From: a virus
Lineage: Duplodnaviria > Caudoviricetes
Length of the DNA: 64,000 nucleotides
Reading direction: 5' to 3' (one strand)
IMG/VR virus record: IMGVR_UViG_3300044645_001661
A program made the translations under genes and the position numbers. This document shows positions 56,791 through 64,000 of this stretch, in pieces; position 1 is the stretch's first letter, and each line of letters starts with the position of its first letter. Under the pieces are notes generated by a model that saw only the letters and a list, made by a program, of their open reading frames with translations, made no database searches and was not told the origin of the DNA.

Positions 56791-59700
56791 ATGGCTGATT
56801 TTAGATTAGGGAGACTAAAATTCAACTGGAGAGGCGAGTGGGCACCCAGTACTGCTTATGTTATTGACGACATTGTAAAATTTGGTGCAAATACTTATGT
56901 TTGTACTACAAACCATACTTCTTCTTCTTCAGAACAAGTATGGTATTCTGTAGATGCATCAAATTGGTCTTTACATACTGAAGGAGTACGAAATGTTGGT
57001 ACTTATACTCCAGGGACTTTTTATAAAATTAACGATGTAGTTCTTGATGGTAATACACAGCGTAGAGTTACCGTAGGAATTTCTACTGCTGTTGGTATTG
57101 GGAGTACTAATAGTGTTCTTTATGTTTCTGGATTTAATGGTGAAGGAACCTATGATCCAGGAACGGTTTATCAAACTGGAGATGTTGTAATATTTAATGG
57201 TATTAGTTATGTAGCTATTACTACTACAACTTCTGGTGTTGTACCTCCTGTTGAGTTGGGAACAAAATGGAATGTTCTTGCTGATGGTATCAATGCTGCT
57301 GGAATTACTACCTATCAAGGAAATTCAATTTATTATAAAGGAGATTTAGTAAGACTTGGTGGAAATACATATAGACTTAACGCAACTACTGCACAGTATG
57401 TTAATCCTGCAATTGGATCTACCATTGGAATCGGATCTACTGTTGTTGGTGTTGCAGTAACTGCTTGGGATTTATATAATACTGGATTAAGATACGCTGG
57501 AACATATTCATCAATTACTCAATATTTTGCAAATGATGTTGTAGAATATTCTTCATCTGCATATGTTGGTATAGGTTCAACTTCATTCCAAGGAATTGTT
57601 CCTGGAACAGATTCTACTATTTGGGGTGCTTTAGCAATTGGAGATTCCAATGCCCTACTAACCACAAAAGGTGATATTTTAATTAGAGATTCTTCTGCCC
57701 CAGCCAGACTTGGAATTTCTACAGTTCCTTATAAGTCTCTTGGTGTAAGTACATCGGGTGTTCCACAATGGATGACCATTGGTGATTCTACTCGTATTTA
57801 CTATGTTGACCCAGAACTTGGTTCTGATACTTATAATGGCAGTACACCTGATATGGCGTTCAGAACTCTGAAGTATGCCTGTGATAATGCTAGTGCCGTA
57901 ACATCTATTACAAACTTTGTATATGATCCTCTAACTGGTATATCAACAATTACGGCTCCTTCACACGGAATTTTATATCCAAATATTACTATTAGACTTG
58001 AGGATATTGAATTTGAATGTTTAAGTGGTGGTAGAAGTTACAACGTTACTGGATTTACATATGATGCTACTTCTGGTATTGGTACTGTAACAGTTGGGGC
58101 TGCAGCAACAGGAATTTCTCCTGGTACAGTAGTTAGACTCAAAGACTTAGAATTTACTTGTCCTGGTGGATCTGGAATTACAACTACAATATTCCCAGAT
58201 GGTACAAGAGCTCAAGGACCCAATTTCACGGTAACTTCTGTTAATAGTTCAACATCATTTGCAGTAAACGTTGGTGTTTCTACAATCAACCACATTTATG
58301 TAAGTGGTGGTAATGCATTTGTTGGATTTGATACCACAGTGTTCCCAAGAAATGTGGTTGAATCTTATTTTACAGTAAGTGAAATTGTAGATAATAATAC
58401 TATTAAAGTTAATGCTGGATTATCTACAATTTATCACACTTATGTAAGTGGTGGTCACGTAATTAACCTTTCACCTGCAGTTGTTAAGTTATCTGCATCT
58501 GAATTTGCTGAGCAACTTCCAATTACTGTTCCTGCATTTACAAGCATCGTTGGATCTACTCTTAGAGCGTCTAAGATTCGTCCTGCTGCTGGTTTATCAA
58601 CTGATGGTACTACTCCAAATAATCGCCAGACAATGTTTAGATTGTCTGATGCAACAACAATTCAAGGTCTGAATGTATCTGGTCTTGTTGGATTTAATTA
58701 TGACGTTAACCGTCCTTATGAATTAGAAGCAAGTACAGTTAGAACTGGTGTTGGAACAACTGCTTGTGGTGTTTACTTTGCATTCAATCCAAGTTCACCA
58801 ATTTTAAATAAATCACCTTACGTTAAGGATTGTACTTCATTTGGTGATCCAGATCCTAATGGTTATGGTGGTGCTGGCGTCGGTGTATTCATTGATGGAG
58901 GAGTGCATAATGAAGGTGCCAAGACAATGGTATTCGATGCATATACCAATGTTCTGAGTGATGGTGCTGGATTCATTCTTGATAGAGATGCTGGTGCAGA
59001 AATTGTATCTTGCTTTACTTATTATTGTAGATGGGGTTACTATTCTGGTGGTGGATCTAGAATTCGTTCTGTCGCTGGTAACAACTCTTATGGTGATTAT
59101 GGTGTTGTCTCTTCTGGATTCTCTACATCAGAAACTCCAAGAACTGGTAGAGTCTTTGGTGATAGAGCAGATACCGTTGTTGGAACTGTAAGTGGAACTA
59201 TCGGCGTCGGTATGACAATGATTGGTGAAACCTCTGGTGCAAGAGCAACCTTCATTAATGATCAAACCAGTGCGGATAGAATTTACTTCAAGTATTGGCC
59301 TGGTTACGGTAGTGTATCTGCTGGAATTGGTACTACTTCTTTTGTTGATGGTGAATGGGTATCATTTATTGGTGCTGGTACTACTGGTGCTCTTAGAATC
59401 GCTACTGCTACTGGTTCAGTATCTGGACAAAAGGGTGTTATTATTGAACTTGATGAAGTTAATGGTAATAATTTACCATTAGTTGGTGATGCTATTGGAT
59501 TTACTACAACTGGAATTGGTAGTGATAGAACTGGTGGAGAAGTAAGATATTACATTATTAATAATGTAACTGGATTTACTTCATCGTATACTCAGTACCG
59601 TGGTTCTAGTGGATTATCTTCAGTAACTTATAACAATAGAGTTACCATTACAATTTCTCCTGAAAAAGGTGGTGCTACTCCCGATACAAGATCTACTTTC

Positions 59701-60585
59701 CTGTCTGGTGTTGGTACTGCTTCTGGTGGTTCATTCGTAGACATTAGAACTAAGTTCTCTAATGCTCGTTTAACTGGTCACGACTTCTTATCTGTTGGTA
59801 CTGGAAACAAAGCTGAAACAAATTATCCTAACGTCAATGAATCAAATGTTCAGCAGGGTAATGAAACAAATACATTTGGTCCAGGTAAAGTATTCTATGT
59901 ATCTACTGACCAAGGTGGTAACTTCCGTGTAGGTGATCTCTTCTCGGTTAACCAGTTAACTGGTGCTGCAACTCTTGATGCTTCTGCATTCAACCTGTCT
60001 GGTCTTACAGAATTGAGACTCGGTTCTCTTGGTGGTCAGATTGGTGAAGCAATTAATGAATTCTCATCTGATGAGACAATGAGTGGTAATTCCAATACTG
60101 CTTGTCCTACTGAGTATGCAGTTCGTGGATATCTTACCAGAGATAAGATGGGTAGTGAGGCTATGGTTCCTCCTACAGGAACTACTGCTGAAAGACCTGG
60201 TGTTGGCAACTTAATTGAAGGTCAATTCCGTTACAACACTGATCTTAAAACTCCAGAATATTATGATGGAACTCAATGGATTCCTGCTGGTAGATGGGCA
60301 ACTGTTGATATAACTTCAAACACTAACGCATCTATTTGGAGAACCTACTTCTGTAATACCAGTGGTGGTGCATTTACATTAACTCTTCCTGCTTCTCCAG
60401 TTAAGGGTGATGCGATCAGAGTATTTGACGTTGGTAATACCTTTGATACAAATAACTTAACAATTGGTAGAAATGGAAAACCAATCGGTGGCCTTGCTGA
60501 AAACATGACTATCTCAACAGAAGGTGCTGCGTTTGAATTGGTATTCTTTGATAATACACAAGGATGGAGAATCTTCACCGTCTAA
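56791..60585 (+). CDS. Large tail fibre/structural protein (1264 aa)
   Basis: MADFRLGRLKFNWRGEW, repeated Y..GDVV carbohydrate-binding-like modules, beta-helix-like middle, NTSGGAFTLTLPASP end. Confidence 0.75.
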   Translation: MADFRLGRLKFNWRGEWAPSTAYVIDDIVKFGANTYVCTTNHTSSSSEQVWYSVDASNWSLHTEGVRNVGTYTPGTFYKINDVVLDGNTQRRVTVGISTAVGIGSTNSVLYVSGFNGEGTYDPGTVYQTGDVVIFNGISYVAITTTTSGVVPPVELGTKWNVLADGINAAGITTYQGNSIYYKGDLVRLGGNTYRLNATTAQYVNPAIGSTIGIGSTVVGVAVTAWDLYNTGLRYAGTYSSITQYFANDVVEYSSSAYVGIGSTSFQGIVPGTDSTIWGALAIGDSNALLTTKGDILIRDSSAPARLGISTVPYKSLGVSTSGVPQWMTIGDSTRIYYVDPELGSDTYNGSTPDMAFRTLKYACDNASAVTSITNFVYDPLTGISTITAPSHGILYPNITIRLEDIEFECLSGGRSYNVTGFTYDATSGIGTVTVGAAATGISPGTVVRLKDLEFTCPGGSGITTTIFPDGTRAQGPNFTVTSVNSSTSFAVNVGVSTINHIYVSGGNAFVGFDTTVFPRNVVESYFTVSEIVDNNTIKVNAGLSTIYHTYVSGGHVINLSPAVVKLSASEFAEQLPITVPAFTSIVGSTLRASKIRPAAGLSTDGTTPNNRQTMFRLSDATTIQGLNVSGLVGFNYDVNRPYELEASTVRTGVGTTACGVYFAFNPSSPILNKSPYVKDCTSFGDPDPNGYGGAGVGVFIDGGVHNEGAKTMVFDAYTNVLSDGAGFILDRDAGAEIVSCFTYYCRWGYYSGGGSRIRSVAGNNSYGDYGVVSSGFSTSETPRTGRVFGDRADTVVGTVSGTIGVGMTMIGETSGARATFINDQTSADRIYFKYWPGYGSVSAGIGTTSFVDGEWVSFIGAGTTGALRIATATGSVSGQKGVIIELDEVNGNNLPLVGDAIGFTTTGIGSDRTGGEVRYYIINNVTGFTSSYTQYRGSSGLSSVTYNNRVTITISPEKGGATPDTRSTFLSGVGTASGGSFVDIRTKFSNARLTGHDFLSVGTGNKAETNYPNVNESNVQQGNETNTFGPGKVFYVSTDQGGNFRVGDLFSVNQLTGAATLDASAFNLSGLTELRLGSLGGQIGEAINEFSSDETMSGNSNTACPTEYAVRGYLTRDKMGSEAMVPPTGTTAERPGVGNLIEGQFRYNTDLKTPEYYDGTQWIPAGRWATVDITSNTNASIWRTYFCNTSGGAFTLTLPASPVKGDAIRVFDVGNTFDTNNLTIGRNGKPIGGLAENMTISTEGAAFELVFFDNTQGWRIFTV

Positions 60586-60649
60586 TAAAATGAGGGGACT
60601 AGTGATCTAGTCCCCTTTAGTATAAATATTAGTAATCCAAATATCAAAA

Positions 60650-61432
60650 ATGGCATCATACGCAAGCTATAAAAAAGTAGTTGGAGATCAAGTACTCTCT
60701 ACTTCCATTCCAGATTCTAAATTAGAATCTACAGCTTTTAAAAATTATACAGTCCAGTGGATTCGTGGATGTTTGGGTGTTTGTAGCCCTGGATGTTGCT
60801 GCTTATGGACAGTTCCAAGTGGCGTAAGACGAGTTACTTTTGAACTTTGGGGTTCTGGTGGAAATGGTGCTGGTGCTTGTTCTAATGGTCGCTGTCAGCA
60901 CTATGCTGGAGCACAGGGAGGGTATTATAATATAAAAACAATTTCGGTATCTAGTGGGTGGACCTATACTATATGTGCTGGTGGTGTTTATCCATGTAAT
61001 AGTATTGAATGTAATGGATGCGAAGGTTGCTCATCGTATATTACTGGATGTGGATTAAGTAACTTCTGTGCAATTGGTGGATGTGCTGGATGTGCCGATT
61101 CTAACTGGAACGTCCCATGTTTTTCCGATCAAGGTAGATGTTGCATGGCTCCTGGTGCATGGGGTGGTGATTTTGGAATGGGTAATCATAGAGGTGCATT
61201 TACTGGTGCTTGGAACTGTCACTGCTATAGACACATATTCTGTGCTTCTGGTGCCCCATTCTTAGGTGGAGCTAACGTTACTGGAGAATTAACAGAATGT
61301 TGGATTCGTTGTGGTTGCTGGAACGTTCCTTATGGTAGTGGTGGACAAAATGCTATGACCACATATTGTGGTGGTTGCTGTGGACAGGGAGGAACTGGTG
61401 GCCCTGGTGTTGTTAAAATTACATATTTCTAA
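60650..61432 (+). CDS. Cys/Gly-rich tail-associated protein, paralog 1
   Basis: MASYASYKK; CCCLWTVP..V...ELWGSGG; 28 Cys in 260 aa. Confidence 0.75.
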   Translation: MASYASYKKVVGDQVLSTSIPDSKLESTAFKNYTVQWIRGCLGVCSPGCCCLWTVPSGVRRVTFELWGSGGNGAGACSNGRCQHYAGAQGGYYNIKTISVSSGWTYTICAGGVYPCNSIECNGCEGCSSYITGCGLSNFCAIGGCAGCADSNWNVPCFSDQGRCCMAPGAWGGDFGMGNHRGAFTGAWNCHCYRHIFCASGAPFLGGANVTGELTECWIRCGCWNVPYGSGGQNAMTTYCGGCCGQGGTGGPGVVKITYF

Positions 61433-62288
61433 GGAGTAGAATCAAATGGCATCTTATGCAAGTTACAAAAAAATAAACGGATCATCTTTTGTTGCTGGAA
61501 CTCTAGATGAAACAAAATTTGATTCTACTGCTAGAAAGACTTTTGGTGTTAAATGGTTTTATGGTGATCCTGGAGCTTGTTCGCAGGGATGTTGCTGTCT
61601 TTGGACTGTTCCTTCTGGTGTAACTAAACTTTTTATTGAGCTTTGGGGAGCTGGTGGGTCTGGACATGGTGCATGTTCTTGTAGTAGATGTCACCACTAT
61701 AGAGGTGCTGGTGGTGGAGCATATAACTCTAAAATGATTACTTCTGCCTCTGGATGTCAATATACTGTTTGTGCTGCAGGAAATGGTAACTGCTGCAGAT
61801 TTGAATGTAGTGGATGTATTGGATGTGCTTCTTATACAACTGGATTTAATTTATCCAATTTTTGTGCTGTTGGTGGATCTCCTGGATGTGCAAACACTGA
61901 TTGGGCAACTCCTTGTAACTCTGTCTGGGATTGTTGTTTGCAAGGTGAAAACAATGGTGGTGACTTTGGATACATGAACCATGCTGGTGCTTTTGGTGGT
62001 GTTGAATGGTGGTTTGGTGTTGGATTCTGCCATTGTCATCATCAACAAACTCAACCAACTTCTGCTCCTTTAATTGGAACAACTGTTCAACAGTCAATTA
62101 ACTACTGTTGGATGCGTTGTGGTTGTTGGACTGTTCCTTATGGTCATGGTGGACAGGGGGCTATGACTTCCTATTGTGGAAGCAGTTGCTGTGGGCAAGG
62201 TGGTATGGGTGGTCCTGGTCTTGTTAAAATTACATATTTCTAAGGAGTAGAATCAAATGGCATCTTATGCAAGTTACAAAAAAATAAA
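61410..62288 (+). repeat. 68-bp perfect direct repeat at both junctions of paralog 2
   Basis: 61410-61477 is identical to 62221-62288. Confidence 0.9.
61446..62243 (+). CDS. Cys/Gly-rich tail-associated protein, paralog 2
   Basis: Same architecture, ending GGPGLVKITYF. Confidence 0.75.
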   Translation: MASYASYKKINGSSFVAGTLDETKFDSTARKTFGVKWFYGDPGACSQGCCCLWTVPSGVTKLFIELWGAGGSGHGACSCSRCHHYRGAGGGAYNSKMITSASGCQYTVCAAGNGNCCRFECSGCIGCASYTTGFNLSNFCAVGGSPGCANTDWATPCNSVWDCCLQGENNGGDFGYMNHAGAFGGVEWWFGVGFCHCHHQQTQPTSAPLIGTTVQQSINYCWMRCGCWTVPYGHGGQGAMTSYCGSSCCGQGGMGGPGLVKITYF

Positions 62289-63048
62289 TTCCTCTGATGG
62301 CATAGTTGATGGTACTATTCCATCAACTGCTGTTGGTGGAAATGCCTTTGCAACATGGGAAGTTAAGTGGTTTTATGGGCAACCTTGTTTTTGTTCTACT
62401 GGTTGCTGTTGCCTTTGGACTGTTCCGAATGGTGTATTTAAGGCATTTATTGAACTCTGGGGTGCTGGTGGAAATGGACACGGGGCATGTACAACTAGTA
62501 GATGTCAACACTTTGCGGGAGCACAAGGAGGATATTATAATTCAAAAATGATTAATGTATGTCCTGGATGGACATATACAGTCTGTGCTGCTGGTGTGTA
62601 TCCTTGTTTGTCTAACGAATGTTTGGGTTGTTGTGGATGCTCATCGTATATGACTGGATGTGGATTGAGCAACTTCTGTGCATTGGGTGGAATTACTGGG
62701 TGTGCAAATGGTAGTTGGAATGAAGGATGCTTCTCAGATCAAGGTGCCTGCTGTATGGCTCCTGGTGCATGGGGTGGTGATTTTGGACTGGGTAATCATA
62801 GAGGGGCATTCTTTATTCATGGATCTCAATGTCATTGCCATTGTAAGGGTGCTACACCAACTCCAGCTCCATTTATTGGTACACAAGTTCAACAAAATGT
62901 TCATGAATGTTGGATGCGTTGTGCGTGTTGGACTGTTCCTTATGGTCATGGTGGACAAGGTGCAATGGGAACCGTTTGTGGTGGTGGATCTTGTTGTGGT
63001 CAAGGTGGAACTGGTGGTCCTGGACTTGTTAAAATTAGCTTCTTATAA
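62257..63048 (+). CDS. Cys/Gly-rich tail-associated protein, paralog 3
   Basis: Same architecture, ending GGPGLVKISFL. Confidence 0.75.
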   Translation: MASYASYKKINSSDGIVDGTIPSTAVGGNAFATWEVKWFYGQPCFCSTGCCCLWTVPNGVFKAFIELWGAGGNGHGACTTSRCQHFAGAQGGYYNSKMINVCPGWTYTVCAAGVYPCLSNECLGCCGCSSYMTGCGLSNFCALGGITGCANGSWNEGCFSDQGACCMAPGAWGGDFGLGNHRGAFFIHGSQCHCHCKGATPTPAPFIGTQVQQNVHECWMRCACWTVPYGHGGQGAMGTVCGGGSCCGQGGTGGPGLVKISFL

Positions 63049-63097
63049 TATATAAATATAATTAAAGCAAAAATTATCAATTTATACTCATAAACTC

Positions 63098-63793
63098 ATG
63101 GCACAAATTTCAGTAGAATTTGAATTTCCAGAATTCAATGATTATCTAGTAGATCATTCTTTTAGTGAAGGAAAAACACGTAAATATACTTATCATGGAC
63201 CAGATAAAATTTATCTCCAAATTGGAGAAGATGGTACTGAAAAATATGGTCCATTAACTGAAGAAGACATTGCTGATGGTAGACCAATTCCTGCTGATGT
63301 TGTTGAATGGTATGAAGTTGATTGTACAGAAAATCCTCTTGTATGTCATTTAAGAGGACCAATTGTAAATGAATTTCAGGAAGATTATACTGGAGAAAAA
63401 TTCCATCCTGGATCACCTGAAATAGAAGGATATGATAGATATTCTTATCCAACACCTCTTAAGCCAGAGGACGTTTTTGATAAGTGGAATGTTAAAGTTA
63501 CAGATGGTAATGTAGAATTAACTACATATACAGTTTCTGAAAAACTTCATGGCAAACCTGAAAACTTAACATGGGGTGATATTAGAAATCATAGAGATAT
63601 GATGCTTGGACTTAGTGATGGTCAAATTGCTGAAGATATGCCACAATCATTGAAAGATGAATGGATGGAATATCGTCAAAAATTAAGAGATCTTCCTACT
63701 GTAATGGAAAATGCGGGGGTTGATCCAAATATTGCTTACTATATGTTCCCATTACAACCAAAAGCTGCTAATATTGCTGGAAGAGATTCCTGA
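63098..63793 (+). CDS. Tail fibre assembly chaperone-like protein
   Basis: C-terminal WGDIRNHRDMML..SD...WMEYRQKLRDLP motif. Confidence 0.75.
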   Translation: MAQISVEFEFPEFNDYLVDHSFSEGKTRKYTYHGPDKIYLQIGEDGTEKYGPLTEEDIADGRPIPADVVEWYEVDCTENPLVCHLRGPIVNEFQEDYTGEKFHPGSPEIEGYDRYSYPTPLKPEDVFDKWNVKVTDGNVELTTYTVSEKLHGKPENLTWGDIRNHRDMMLGLSDGQIAEDMPQSLKDEWMEYRQKLRDLPTVMENAGVDPNIAYYMFPLQPKAANIAGRDS

Positions 63794-64000
63794 GTTATAA
63801 TTTATGAGTGAATATACATTATATAATTTTGATTATGTTAAAGAAAATCAAATAGAAATAATAAAAGAACTGAAGACATCTCAAGATAATTTAGTTAAAT
63901 ATGGAGTTTTCGATACAACGAAAGCTTATATTTACTATAATATCTTTGGGGTGTCTTCTCCTTCTAAGCATATGTATAGAGTTTATTCCAAAGTTAGGGA

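Noticed and set aside
60650-63048. Diversity-generating retroelement acting on the Cys-rich paralogs
   Set aside because: No reverse transcriptase in the window and no template/variable repeat pair differing only at adenines was seen

Overview
This is a 64-kb segment of a T4-like cyanophage genome (cyanomyovirus; host probably Synechococcus/Cyanobium), almost entirely on the + strand. In order it contains: an amidinotransferase plus nucleotide-sugar dehydrogenase pair and mazG; probable internal-head and virion proteins; primase gp61 and nrdA/nrdB; a tRNA region (11 tRNAs overall) with several highly structured non-coding segments; a sugar-nucleotide/glycosyltransferase island (gmd, fcl, GT11, GT6, HAD-nucleotidyltransferase fusion, GT4-like, GT25); a photosynthesis/redox island (SLH-barrel outer-membrane protein, two hli, petF, peroxiredoxin, psbA, psbD, talC, zwf, gnd); and a block of tail/fibre genes ending in three Cys-rich paralogs. 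The strongest find is an apparent programmed -1 ribosomal frameshift at 35295-35367. An A_AAA_AAG slippery site sits directly before a stop codon and is followed by a predicted H-type pseudoknot. It would fuse a C39-like peptidase to a complete GH24 lysozyme that has no start codon of its own, which the ORF track missed. Other candidates are a ~255-nt multi-hairpin RNA in the tRNA cluster, duplicated small RNA motifs, two tRNA-Ile(UAU) genes and an ABO-like glycan pathway. All family assignments come from motif recognition, not database searches.
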